Origin: a virus
Length of the DNA: 64,000 nt
Virus record (IMG/VR): IMGVR_UViG_3300030098_004409
Coordinates: 32,001-96,000 of that record
Direction: 5' to 3' (one strand)
Notes under the pieces: generated by a model
What the model saw: only the letters and a program-made list of their open reading frames with translations
Told to the model about the DNA's origin: nothing
The model's database searches: none
Shown here: in pieces, positions 1 through 9,740 of the stretch
Layout: each line of letters opens with the position of its first letter
Numbering within the stretch: the first letter of the stretch is position 1
Made by a program: the position numbers and the translations under genes

Positions 1-1
1 T

Positions 2-1108
2 CTAGCTGTTTGCTCAACTAGAATAGATAAGATAACTGGCGATGAAGATATTAATGATATCATTTCGATTATAGAAACGCCCGTTCTGGATGCTACTGCC
101 AAAATATACCAAAGGTCTGACAATAAACCAGAGGTTATTGGTAACGAAGTAGCCGACTATGTTGAGTTCTTATCTGAGAATAAGAGCGACATGCTTGGTA
201 TCAGCACAGGATTTCCAATTTATGACGAAGCGATAGGCGGTGGTCTCCGCAGGAAGTGTGTTGATCTAATTGCCGCAAGACCAAAGGTTGGTAAGTCGAT
301 GTTTGGAGATGCCGTTGCTATGCACGTATCAAAAAACTTAGATATTCCCGTACTTGTACTAGATACAGAAATGTCTAAAGAAGACCATCTGAATAGGATG
401 CTCGCAAATATCAGCGGTGTAGAGATAAATACAATATCAAGCGGTAAGTTTGCAGATAATGAACTCAATCTTGAAAAAGTTGAGATGGCAGCGAAGCAAC
501 TTGAAGAAATTCCTTACCACTATGTTAGTATCGCTGGTCAGCCTTTTGAGAACATATTGAGTATTATGCGTAAGTGGATATATCAAGAGGTTGGATTTGA
601 CGAGACTGGCAGAACTAAAGATTGCTTAATAGTATATGATTATCTCAAGCTAATGAACTCTGATAGTATTTCTAACTCTATGCAAGAGTTTCAAGTCTTG
701 GGCTTTCAAATAACACAGCTACATAATTTCTGTGTTAAATATGATGTCCCCTGTCTAAGCTTTGTACAGCTAAACAGGGATGGTATTACAAAGGAGTCAA
801 CAGACGTAGTTTCTGGGTCAGATAGGCTAATTTGGCTTTGTACTAGCTTCTCTATATTTAAGATGAAGTCAGATGAGGAAATTGCCGATGATGATGAAGA
901 CAATGGTAATAGAAAGTTAGTTCCTATTGTAGCTCGACATGGTGCAGGATTGGACGATGGCGACTATATAAATATGAACATGTTTGGTAAGTTTGGCAAG
1001 TTGGTAGAGGGAGAGACTAGAAATGCTCTGAGAAAGAACTCTACCGTTCGAGATAAAGGTTTTGTTTCCGAAGATGGAGAGCAACCAACAAATATTGAAG
1101 ATCTCTAA
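2..1108 (+). CDS. dnaB: Replicative DnaB-family helicase (5' truncated by window edge)
   Basis: Walker A AARPKVGKS, catalytic DTEM, YDYL (Walker B), QLNR motif. The frame is open from position 2, so the true start lies upstream of the window. Confidence 0.92.
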   Translation, partial: LAVCSTRIDKITGDEDINDIISIIETPVLDATAKIYQRSDNKPEVIGNEVADYVEFLSENKSDMLGISTGFPIYDEAIGGGLRRKCVDLIAARPKVGKSMFGDAVAMHVSKNLDIPVLVLDTEMSKEDHLNRMLANISGVEINTISSGKFADNELNLEKVEMAAKQLEEIPYHYVSIAGQPFENILSIMRKWIYQEVGFDETGRTKDCLIVYDYLKLMNSDSISNSMQEFQVLGFQITQLHNFCVKYDVPCLSFVQLNRDGITKESTDVVSGSDRLIWLCTSFSIFKMKSDEEIADDDEDNGNRKLVPIVARHGAGLDDGDYINMNMFGKFGKLVEGETRNALRKNSTVRDKGFVSEDGEQPTNIEDL

Positions 1109-2114
1109 TCAGCTATTCTCAAAGCTTCCTGAGCTATTGAAATATCTTGAAATTGATTTTATTGAGTACCCTAATAGATATGCTTTTGCATGTCCAATTC
1201 ATGGCGGAGACAATCCAGAAGGGTGCTGCATTTTTCTAGATGGCAATAGCGTAAAAGGCAACTGGAACTGTTGGACAAATCACTGCGAGTCAGATCATGG
1301 TAGAAATCTATTTGGGTTCGTAAAAGGTGTTCTAGCAAATAGAGCCGATGGTAATCCTAATATATATGAAACAGTTAAGTTTTGCATGGACTTTCTTGGG
1401 CTGAGCGAATCTGAACTTAAAGATATTAAAAATGTAGACTCTAATAATGACCTAAAATTACTTGAAATTTTCCACAGAGATCCAGAAAGATCAAGTCCCG
1501 CCGTAGACAGGAATCTAATTTTACAGGAATTAAATATACCAGCTAATTATTATATTAATAGGGGCTATAGTGAGGAAGTTCTTACAAAATTCGATGTAGG
1601 ACTTTGCAATAAAAAAAATAAGCCAATGTCTAATAGAGTTGTTGTTCCAATCTACGATGAAGGCTATAATTATATTGGATGCATAGGTAGGTCAGTCTAT
1701 GAAAATATGAAACCAAAATGGCTGCACAGTAGAGGATTTAGAAAAAGCTCTTATCTGTACGGCCTTAATTTGTCGAAAGACAAAATACTAGAAACAGGAA
1801 CTGCGTTTGTCGTTGAGGGGCAAGGTGATGTATGGAGATTACACGAAGCTGGAATACAAAACTGTGTCGGCATATTCGGAGCGAACATGAGCGATGACCA
1901 ACTAGTATTACTAGAAAAAAGCGGAGCTTTGAATCTAGTCGTCCTGACAGACTATGATGAGGCTGGTCACAGGGCAGCAGATCAGATAATGAAGAAATGC
2001 GGTAGGCGCTTTAACTATTACAGGCCAGACATATCCCATAAAGATATTGGTGATATGACGGTAGAACAAATAAATAATGAAATACTTGAACAGTTAGAAG
2101 GAGTATTAGTATGA
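1074..2114 (+). CDS. dnaG: DNA primase (Zn finger + TOPRIM)
   Basis: CPIH...CWTNHC zinc-binding motif, NRVVVPI, TOPRIM VVEGQGD and DYDEAG. ATG at 1074; follows the helicase. Confidence 0.9.
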   Translation: MESNQQILKISNQLFSKLPELLKYLEIDFIEYPNRYAFACPIHGGDNPEGCCIFLDGNSVKGNWNCWTNHCESDHGRNLFGFVKGVLANRADGNPNIYETVKFCMDFLGLSESELKDIKNVDSNNDLKLLEIFHRDPERSSPAVDRNLILQELNIPANYYINRGYSEEVLTKFDVGLCNKKNKPMSNRVVVPIYDEGYNYIGCIGRSVYENMKPKWLHSRGFRKSSYLYGLNLSKDKILETGTAFVVEGQGDVWRLHEAGIQNCVGIFGANMSDDQLVLLEKSGALNLVVLTDYDEAGHRAADQIMKKCGRRFNYYRPDISHKDIGDMTVEQINNEILEQLEGVLV

Positions 2115-2941
2115 CTAGGATTTTGGCATTTGCGGGTAAGAAACAGTCCGGCAAAAACTCATGTTGTTCGTTCTTACATGGATATCAGATGAGGTCCTAC
2201 AATATTGTAGACGGTTTTGACCTTAGCACTGATGGGCATCTTGTCATAGATACGTCCTCAGTAGATGAAAACGGAGAAAGGAAGGTTACAAAAGGAGCGC
2301 TAGATGTGACCCGTACAGACCTTGAGTTTGGTATGTGGGCAGCAGAAAGCATGTGGCCATTCATCAAGCATTATTCTTTTGCCTCATCTCTTAAGGAGAT
2401 AGCTACCGGACTTTTTGGCCTAACGAAACCACAGTGTTACGGCACAGATTTAGACAAGAATAGCTTGACTTGGATTAGATGGGAAGATATGCCCGGCTAT
2501 CAAGGCGAAAACGAAGGCAGAATGACAGCTAGGGAGTTTCTGCAACACTTTGGTACGGATATCTGCCGCAAGATTCATCCAGATATCTGGACTGATAGGA
2601 CGCTACGCAATATTAGAGAGGAAGAATCCCTGCTGGCCGTCATTTCCGATTGCAGATTTCCTAATGAGGCCGAAGCCGTTCAGAGAGCTGGCGGAAAAGT
2701 TATACGTCTAACAAGAGGTGACGATGCAAATGATCTCCACTCTAGCGAGCTAGAAGTAGACAATATAAATTATGATGCTATAATTGACAACAAAGACCTT
2801 AGTCTTATTGAAACAAATAAAGAAGTTATCTCTCTATTAGAAAAATGGGGTTGGCTGGGAGATGTAATACAGCCCGTAGTGCCGGAGCCGGTTGAGGATA
2901 AACCTGAACTTGTTGGTGGCATCAAGAAAATCAAGGAATAA
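2111..2941 (+). CDS. Deoxynucleoside monophosphate kinase (T4 gp1-like)
   Basis: P-loop AGKKQSGKNS plus FASSLKE, REFLQHFGTD and ISDCRFPNE motifs typical of phage dNMP kinases. Confidence 0.85.
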   Translation: MTRILAFAGKKQSGKNSCCSFLHGYQMRSYNIVDGFDLSTDGHLVIDTSSVDENGERKVTKGALDVTRTDLEFGMWAAESMWPFIKHYSFASSLKEIATGLFGLTKPQCYGTDLDKNSLTWIRWEDMPGYQGENEGRMTAREFLQHFGTDICRKIHPDIWTDRTLRNIREEESLLAVISDCRFPNEAEAVQRAGGKVIRLTRGDDANDLHSSELEVDNINYDAIIDNKDLSLIETNKEVISLLEKWGWLGDVIQPVVPEPVEDKPELVGGIKKIKE

Positions 2942-2943
2942 AC

Positions 2944-3957
2944 ATGTTAGTTACTTATATACGTAGCTCTAGTTACAACAACTTTGAATATTGTCAAATG
3001 CAATACTTTATGACCTATGTTTTGGGTCACCAAAGTGTGTCTGGCAAAAAGGCTCAGCTAGGAACGGTTGTCCATAAAGTTATGGAAGTTCTAGCTGGCT
3101 GCAAAAAACTACACCAAGACAAGGCCGAGCTATTGCTTGAGGATGACGCTATCGGAGAGGTCGAGTTCACTAAACGTAAACTCGGAACAAAGAAATTTGT
3201 AAACGAAATCCTTAAGCGTAGCTACGACCATTACACATCTAACTGTACTCATCATTACACTAATGCTGATTATAAGTTTTGTGACAAAACAACTTGGGAA
3301 GCGTTGACCTATGATGATGGAATCTTTGATCCTCGCAACAGAAATATTGTAGCGGCTGAACCACAATTTGATATTGCTATAGAAGAGGACTGGGCCAAAT
3401 ATGAGTACGATATGCCAGACGGAACTACCGTTGAGGGTCGGCTAGCTATTAAAGGCACTATTGACTTAGTGACCGAAGTTGATGACGGAGTTATCGAAGT
3501 TATCGACTGGAAGACGGGGCGCAGACTTAACTGGGCTACAGGAGAAGAGAAGACTTATGAGAAGCTGTGTAAAGACCCACAGTTAATGCTGTATCATTAT
3601 GCAATTTCTAAGCTTTTCCCTGAATATGAAGATGCGATTATGTCGATATACTTTATCAGGGATGGTGGGCCGTTTAGTATTTGTTTTGAGGAAAGCGACA
3701 GACAAAAATTCTTAGGCATGCTCAAAGATAGGTTTGAAGAAATTAAGAAAACAACTAGACCAAGAATGTTATCCAGAAACCAGTCTCACTGGAAGTGCCA
3801 AAAGCTTTGCGACTTCTGCAAAAAAGACTGGCCCGGAACTAATGAAAGCATGTGTAGGCATGTAAGCAATCACTTAGATCAGTTTGGGATGCTGGATACA
3901 ATACAGAACTGTACAAGAGAAGGATTTGATGTTGGATATTATGAGGCACCGGGATAA
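2944..3957 (+). CDS. PD-(D/E)xK exonuclease, Cas4/AddB-like, probable Fe-S cluster
   Basis: GTVVH, KGTIDLV, VIDWKTG, QLMLY motifs; N-terminal Cys (EYCQ) and C-terminal CQKLCDFC. Confidence 0.8.
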   Translation: MLVTYIRSSSYNNFEYCQMQYFMTYVLGHQSVSGKKAQLGTVVHKVMEVLAGCKKLHQDKAELLLEDDAIGEVEFTKRKLGTKKFVNEILKRSYDHYTSNCTHHYTNADYKFCDKTTWEALTYDDGIFDPRNRNIVAAEPQFDIAIEEDWAKYEYDMPDGTTVEGRLAIKGTIDLVTEVDDGVIEVIDWKTGRRLNWATGEEKTYEKLCKDPQLMLYHYAISKLFPEYEDAIMSIYFIRDGGPFSICFEESDRQKFLGMLKDRFEEIKKTTRPRMLSRNQSHWKCQKLCDFCKKDWPGTNESMCRHVSNHLDQFGMLDTIQNCTREGFDVGYYEAPG

Positions 3958-4457
3958 TGATTGAAATAAAAATTACAGAAGAAATGAAGAAGCGCGCTTG
4001 GGCTAAGTCTAGAGAGATGGGTGTAATACGCAACTCCATCATGAAGGGCGGCGGAAATATTGCAGGTTTTTTAGGAGAAGAGGTTGCAAACGTAGTTATT
4101 GATGGTACAATTAATAACACATATGATTACGACATAGTTTCTAAGTCGGGTATCAAGTACGATGTCAAGACAAAGAGATGCACCTCAGAACCTAAACCGT
4201 TCTACGAGTGTTCAGTTGCTAATTTTAACACAAAACAAAAATGCGACAGGTACGCATTTGTTAGAATTGAAAACAAGAACAAGCGATGGGGCAGAGCTTG
4301 GGTCTTAGGATGGCTAGAGCACGATGAATATTTTGAGAAAGCCAAGAAATTGACTAAAGGCCAGATAGACCCTTCCAATGGCTTTATCGTTAGGGCTGAC
4401 TGCTACAATGTTGCAATCTCAGATTTAAAAAGATTTAGACACAGAAAGACTAAATAG
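3957..4457 (+). CDS. Hypothetical protein with restriction-endonuclease-like (PD-(D/E)xK) signature
   Basis: GFLGEEV...YDYDI...YDVKTK pattern; TAATG coupling to the upstream gene. Confidence 0.55.
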   Translation: MIEIKITEEMKKRAWAKSREMGVIRNSIMKGGGNIAGFLGEEVANVVIDGTINNTYDYDIVSKSGIKYDVKTKRCTSEPKPFYECSVANFNTKQKCDRYAFVRIENKNKRWGRAWVLGWLEHDEYFEKAKKLTKGQIDPSNGFIVRADCYNVAISDLKRFRHRKTK

Positions 4458-4467
4458 GATTACTTGA

Positions 4468-6039
4468 ATGAGCTGGACTCCTTTAAACGTAAAAACTCAC
4501 TTCAGTCTACAGCGAGGCTTCTCAAAGCCAGACAAGTTAGCCAAGAAGTGTAAAGAGTTTGGATACAAAGCGTGCGCAATCACTGATATTAACACTATAT
4601 CAGGGGCAGTTACATTTTACAAAGAGTGCAAGAAGAACGATATTAAGCCCATTATGGGATGTACTCTAGAGTTTGATAACGGCAAAAAGAAAACTGTTAT
4701 CGCTAAGAATAAAGCTGGCTGGTATGCGCTGATTGACCTTGTTTCCAAGAAGAATATGTATGAAGATGATGTAGTGTATAAACTAACGGAAGCTTCGCTT
4801 GATAAAAATCTTATCTGCATAGACGGACTAAAGCAATATTCTGCATACTACGTAGAAGAGAATGAGGCAGAGGTTCATAGAATACTTTTGTGTTCAGGTA
4901 TGAAGACTACAATGTCTAAGGTCAAAGGTAAGCTGGACTCTTTCAAGCACTTGAAGCCCTTTTTCTCATCAGACAAGTTTTACTTGCCGACTATAGAAGA
5001 GGTCAAGTCTAAGTACACTGACGAACAGATTGCTATGAGCAATGAAATAGCAGATCAGTGCGAGGAATACGACATTCTGGGCCAGCCAATGCTGCCTGAG
5101 TTCGACTGTCCAGAAGGATACACCGAAGACGAATATCTTAAGCAGCTATGTAGAGATGGTTGGCGAACTTTACTCGCTGAAACTGGCAAGGTAGATGACG
5201 ACCAAAAAAAGCAAGAGTATCTCGATAGAATCAAGAATGAGATGGACGTTATTTTTGATGCTAGTCTGTCTGGATACTTCTTGATCGTTCAAGATATTGT
5301 TAATTTTGTTAGAGAACAGGGTTGGTTGCCGGGTCCGGGAAGAGGCTCTGCAGCAGGCTGCCTGATTTCTTATTTGATTGGTATTACAGAGATTGATCCT
5401 ATTGAATATGATTTAATTTTTGAAAGATTCTACAATGCTGGTCGTAACACTGAAGACCATGTATCGTTACCTGATATTGATTTGGATGTACCAGCAGAAA
5501 AACGTGACGAAGTTATTGGATATATTAAGACAAAATATGGCGAAGATAACGTATCGCAAATGATTACATTTAATAAGTTGCAGGGTCGCGCCGCCCTTAA
5601 AGAAGTAATGAGAATCAATAGTAATGTTTCTTTCTCTGAGATGAATGAGCTTACCAAAAACATTCCTAACGAAGCAGACGTTTCAGACCTTTTAGAGCAG
5701 AGTGGGGAGAAGTCTTTAATTAAATGGACTTTGCTGTATCAACCAGACATTTTAGACAGATGGTGTAAAGTCAACAGCGAAGACGACCTAATTGGGCCTC
5801 TATCATCTGTATTTCAGCAGGCTATGGACATTGAAGGTACTATAAAATCTCAGGGCAAGCACGCTGCTGGAGTGATCATATCATCAAACAAACTAAATGA
5901 AGTTTGTCCGATGGTGCAAGACAAAAATAATAATCTTGTCGCCGGCTTTGAAATGGGAGACCTCGAAGAGCAGGGGCATGTTAAATTCGATATATTAGGT
6001 ATTGACCTATTAAGTAAAATAATGGAGATAAAAGAATGA
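4468..6039 (+). CDS. dnaE: DNA polymerase III alpha, N-terminal half (reduced PHP, palm, thumb)
   Basis: HFS and AITD (PHP), GPGRGSAAG, FERF, PDIDLD, GKHAAG, KFDILG. The ORF ends just after the last catalytic Asp motif. Confidence 0.92.
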   Translation: MSWTPLNVKTHFSLQRGFSKPDKLAKKCKEFGYKACAITDINTISGAVTFYKECKKNDIKPIMGCTLEFDNGKKKTVIAKNKAGWYALIDLVSKKNMYEDDVVYKLTEASLDKNLICIDGLKQYSAYYVEENEAEVHRILLCSGMKTTMSKVKGKLDSFKHLKPFFSSDKFYLPTIEEVKSKYTDEQIAMSNEIADQCEEYDILGQPMLPEFDCPEGYTEDEYLKQLCRDGWRTLLAETGKVDDDQKKQEYLDRIKNEMDVIFDASLSGYFLIVQDIVNFVREQGWLPGPGRGSAAGCLISYLIGITEIDPIEYDLIFERFYNAGRNTEDHVSLPDIDLDVPAEKRDEVIGYIKTKYGEDNVSQMITFNKLQGRAALKEVMRINSNVSFSEMNELTKNIPNEADVSDLLEQSGEKSLIKWTLLYQPDILDRWCKVNSEDDLIGPLSSVFQQAMDIEGTIKSQGKHAAGVIISSNKLNEVCPMVQDKNNNLVAGFEMGDLEEQGHVKFDILGIDLLSKIMEIKE

Positions 6040-6848
6040 ATGTTGGAGTAGTTGGTTTAGGTTTCGTGGGTGGAGCCGTAAGCGGATATTTTGAATCATA
6101 TGGCGACACTGTGTATGGCTACGACATTAAATCTGGTCTAGCAATAAACAATGAATACACTAAGATAGTTGAGAACTGTGAAATAATCTTTGTGTGCTTG
6201 CCTACCCCTAAATCTGACGATGGCAGTTGCGATACAAGTATTGTTCATGATGCGTTGTGCAGATTAGATTATATTGCCGGAGAGCTGAGGAAGAGCCCTA
6301 TGGTACTAATAAAGTCTACTTTGGTTCCCGGAACGATCAAAAAATTCGTAGAAGAATCGCACAGTATCCGAGTTATTTCAAATCCTGAGTTCTTAACAGA
6401 ACGAAACGCCGCTGAGGATTATCGGGACTCAAAAACTGTCTTAATTGGAAACGACTACGGCGAAGCAGAAGATTTAGCATTGCGCCTTTTCTTCAGAGAG
6501 CGATGGCCAGCGGCACATATTTATGTTGTCAGCTCCATAGAGGCCGAGTTATCTAAGTACCTTACTAACTCATATTTCTCAGTAAAAGTCTCCGTTGCTA
6601 ATCATATCTACGCCTTATGTCAAGAGCTAGGTGTTGACTATAACAAGTTCATTGAATCAGCAATAGGTGCGGACCCCAGAATCGAAAGAACACACTGGAC
6701 GGTTCCGGGGCCAGATGGAAAGTTAGGTTTTGGTGGATCTTGCTTCCCTAAAGACCTTAGCGGGATGATTCACATTTTAGAAGAAAATAATTTACCTGCG
6801 GATGTTTTTAAGGCCGCTATGGAATATAATAAGAAAGTGAGAGGCTAA
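6036..6848 (+). CDS. ugd: UDP-glucose/GDP-mannose 6-dehydrogenase family protein (lacks C-terminal domain)
   Basis: GLGFVG Rossmann motif, CLPTP, IKST, NPEFL, catalytic GFGGSCFPKD; only 270 aa. Confidence 0.82.
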   Translation: MNVGVVGLGFVGGAVSGYFESYGDTVYGYDIKSGLAINNEYTKIVENCEIIFVCLPTPKSDDGSCDTSIVHDALCRLDYIAGELRKSPMVLIKSTLVPGTIKKFVEESHSIRVISNPEFLTERNAAEDYRDSKTVLIGNDYGEAEDLALRLFFRERWPAAHIYVVSSIEAELSKYLTNSYFSVKVSVANHIYALCQELGVDYNKFIESAIGADPRIERTHWTVPGPDGKLGFGGSCFPKDLSGMIHILEENNLPADVFKAAMEYNKKVRG

Positions 6849-7066
6849 TGGATCATAAATCAGATTACAAATCGGTTCTTTTTTCTGGATGTGCTATCGA
6901 GTACAAAGACATTAGCCTATGCAATTTAGGCAACTACATACCATCTAGGAATGGTATGTCTCGTACTTATCAAGTACACTCTAAGAAGCTAAAATTTAGT
7001 AAGATTTACAAGAATATAGACGATGCAGTTGATAAGTTTTTTGAATTGAAAGGTGCTGTAAGATGA
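6848..7066 (+). CDS. Hypothetical protein (72 aa)
   Basis: TAATG coupling upstream, GAGG RBS, ATGA overlap downstream. Confidence 0.6.
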   Translation: MDHKSDYKSVLFSGCAIEYKDISLCNLGNYIPSRNGMSRTYQVHSKKLKFSKIYKNIDDAVDKFFELKGAVR

Positions 7067-7521
7067 GAACATATTTAATGAAATCAGGTGATGAGTACAA
7101 AATCGGTAAGGCGAAAACTCCCCATGAGAGGTTGAAAACATTGAAACCCGCAAGACCTGATATTGAGCTATTGGCAGATTGTGATGAGGCACTTGTAAGT
7201 GAAGCTGCATTGCATAAAATGTATTCTAGTAAAAATACTGAAGGCGAGTGGTTTAAGTTGTCTGATGCGGATGTTCGATCTATAACTGAGCTTATGGAGT
7301 CAGATACAACTTTTATGAATCCTACAACTAATGTATGTTATGTATTTCCAGTAGACCTTAGAGACAAAATGCAGATGGTGAGTTCTTTCACAGGACAGTC
7401 ACAAAGTAAAATTGTTGCAGGGCTGGTGACTAATTATTTGGAAGAATTAGACATTAATTTTGACCAATTAATTAAGATAAAATCTAATCTACTAGCGGAG
7501 GTGGCTGGTAATGAACTATAG
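7063..7521 (+). CDS. T5orf172/MUG113 (GIY-YIG-like) domain protein with a putative C-terminal ribbon-helix-helix
   Basis: YLMK...YKIG...RLKTL...EAALH...GEWF pattern; C-terminal strand-helix-helix pattern (NVCYVFPVDLRDKM...GQSQSKIV). Confidence 0.7.
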   Translation: MRTYLMKSGDEYKIGKAKTPHERLKTLKPARPDIELLADCDEALVSEAALHKMYSSKNTEGEWFKLSDADVRSITELMESDTTFMNPTTNVCYVFPVDLRDKMQMVSSFTGQSQSKIVAGLVTNYLEELDINFDQLIKIKSNLLAEVAGNEL

Positions 7522-8200
7522 AGATATAATTGTATTTGACTTTGAGACTGGGTCTAGAAATCCACATAAAACTCAACCTACCCAAATTGCAGCAATAGCA
7601 CTTCACGGCAGACGATTAACATTACAGCCCGGCGGAGTATTCAATAGCGAGATCAGACCAATTCTTGACGATAAGAAGGCTATTGAGGCAGGATTTGACC
7701 CCATTGAAGATGAAGCCCTTCAAATCACTGGAAAGAACCGCAAGGATTTGGCAAAAGCGCCATCACCGAAGAGTGTCTGGGAAAAGTTTGAGGACTTCTG
7801 TAACAAGTTTAACTTCAGAGGGACTTCTTATACGGCTCCAATCGCAGCTGGCTATAACATCATCGGCTTTGACCTGCCAATCGTCCAAAGAATGTGCGAC
7901 ATGTACGGCACAACTGATTCTAGAGGAAGACAGACTGTATTCAATCCAATTTTCAAGTTAGATTTGATGGATATGGTATTTTCTTGGACTGAGAATAATA
8001 AAGACTTTAAGAGTCTTAGCATGGACTTCCTTAGAGAGTATATGGGTTTTCCTGAAGAGAGCAAGCAGAACGCTCACGATGCCCTGCAGGACGTTAAGGA
8101 CACGGCTAACATATTGATTAAGTTCTTAAAGTTCCAACGTAATATTTCAGAAAAGACTAAGTTTGAGAAAGCATTTGCAAATGGCGAATTCTACGTTTAA
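7511..8200 (+). CDS. DEDDh 3'-5' exonuclease (DnaQ/epsilon-like proofreading subunit)
   Basis: ExoI VFDFETG, ExoII GYNIIGFD, ExoIII HDALQD. Confidence 0.85.
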   Translation: MNYRDIIVFDFETGSRNPHKTQPTQIAAIALHGRRLTLQPGGVFNSEIRPILDDKKAIEAGFDPIEDEALQITGKNRKDLAKAPSPKSVWEKFEDFCNKFNFRGTSYTAPIAAGYNIIGFDLPIVQRMCDMYGTTDSRGRQTVFNPIFKLDLMDMVFSWTENNKDFKSLSMDFLREYMGFPEESKQNAHDALQDVKDTANILIKFLKFQRNISEKTKFEKAFANGEFYV

Positions 8201-9740
8201 TATTGACAACTTTAATGATGATAAAACTTGGGATCTAATCTGTGAAGGATATACCAAAGGAGTCTTCCAGTTAGAATCTCAGCTCGGTAGATCTTGGGCA
8301 AAAAGAGTACGCCCAAGAAATATTGAAGAGCTAGCTGCATTAATTTCGCTTATTCGTCCCGGCTGTCTAAAGGCTTTTACGGAAGGTAAGTCGATGACAC
8401 AACACTATGTTGATCGTAAGGCGGGTATTGATGAAGTAAAGTATTTACATGACAGCCTTGAGCCAATCCTCAAAGAGACATTTGGGGTTCTCGTATACCA
8501 AGAGCAGTCTATGAAGATAGCTCAACAGCTTGCTGGTTTTGACCTGAAAGAAGCGGATAATCTAAGAAAAGCTATTGGCAAGAAAAAAGCTGGTCTTATG
8601 GCTGAAATTAAAGGCTCTTTTGTGCAGGGTGCAACCGACAAGGGTATTGATGAAGAGACATCAGAAGAAATATTTGGATGGATTGAAAAGTCAAACAGGT
8701 ATGCGTTTAATAAGTCACACGCTGTTTCATATGCCGTCAACGCATACAGAAGCGCCTACTGCAAAGTTCATCGACGGGTTAGGTTTTTTGAATCTTATCT
8801 TAATCACGCCCAGAGAAAGCCAGATCCTCAGCAAGAAATAAAGGAATTAGTATCTGATGCTAAGCTTTATGACATAGAGGTATTACCTCCTAGAGTTGGT
8901 CATTTCTACACAGACTTTACTGCCAATGGGGACAAGATATATTTTGGTATCACAAACGTAAAGGGTGTTGGTACTGCTGAGTCTAGGAAGATGCTTGATT
9001 TAATCCCTCAAATAGAGAAGAGGCTCGGCAAAGACTTCTCAGAATTCACTTGGCTAGATACGCTTTTGACATTAGGCTTCAAAGTAAACAAGACATGCAT
9101 GGAGTCTTTAATAAGTGTTGGAGCTTTTAACGGCAAAAAGAACCGCATGCATAGAAATGAGATGATGTATGAGTATAAAAGCTACAGGAGTCTTTCACAG
9201 AGAGAACGAGAGTGGCTAAGCGAAAACTATAACTCAAATGACACGCTAATCTACGCTATAGATAATATGATAAATAACCTAAAGATAAATTCAAACAGGT
9301 TAATTAAAGTATTTGATATTAGAAATATGATCGACTCTCCGCCATTTGATTTGACTGATCACGAAGGATGGATAGCGGACACAGAGAAGAAGTATATGGG
9401 CACTTCACTTACCTTTTCAAAGACTGATGGTATACAGAGCTCTCTAGTAAATTGCACATGTAAAGAGATTATTAACGGTAGAACTGGTAAGGTTAATGTT
9501 GCTGTTCATATTAATTCTTTGCGGGAGTATGTTACTAAAAACGGCAAAAATCCCGGTCAAACAATGGCTTTTTTAAGCGTAGAAGACTCTAGCGCTACTC
9601 TGGACTCAGCCGTTATGTTTCCCGATGCATACGATGAGTTCAAAGGTATCATGTATGAGGGCAACACAGTACTATTATTCGGTCAGGTTTCCAAGAAAAA
9701 AGATACCAGTTTAATAATTAACAAAGTGTCTGAAGTATAG
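8181..9740 (+). CDS. dnaE: DNA polymerase III alpha, C-terminal half (fingers, HhH, OB fold)
   Basis: DDKTWDLI..G.TKGVFQLES, LIRPG, YQEQ, LRKAIGKK, YAFNKSHA, VKGVG and MAFLSVED OB fold. ATG at 8181 is preferred over TTG at 8163. Confidence 0.92.
   Translation: MANSTFNIDNFNDDKTWDLICEGYTKGVFQLESQLGRSWAKRVRPRNIEELAALISLIRPGCLKAFTEGKSMTQHYVDRKAGIDEVKYLHDSLEPILKETFGVLVYQEQSMKIAQQLAGFDLKEADNLRKAIGKKKAGLMAEIKGSFVQGATDKGIDEETSEEIFGWIEKSNRYAFNKSHAVSYAVNAYRSAYCKVHRRVRFFESYLNHAQRKPDPQQEIKELVSDAKLYDIEVLPPRVGHFYTDFTANGDKIYFGITNVKGVGTAESRKMLDLIPQIEKRLGKDFSEFTWLDTLLTLGFKVNKTCMESLISVGAFNGKKNRMHRNEMMYEYKSYRSLSQREREWLSENYNSNDTLIYAIDNMINNLKINSNRLIKVFDIRNMIDSPPFDLTDHEGWIADTEKKYMGTSLTFSKTDGIQSSLVNCTCKEIINGRTGKVNVAVHINSLREYVTKNGKNPGQTMAFLSVEDSSATLDSAVMFPDAYDEFKGIMYEGNTVLLFGQVSKKKDTSLIINKVSEV

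Noticed and set aside
2944-3957. Cas4-like gene as part of a CRISPR-Cas system
   Set aside because: No repeat-spacer array or other cas genes seen; stand-alone Cas4/AddB-like nucleases are common in phage replication modules.
5990-8230. Split intein or self-splicing intron joining the dnaE halves
   Set aside because: No intein block A or His-Asn terminus; the interval is filled with ordinary coupled genes, leaving no room for intron RNA structure.
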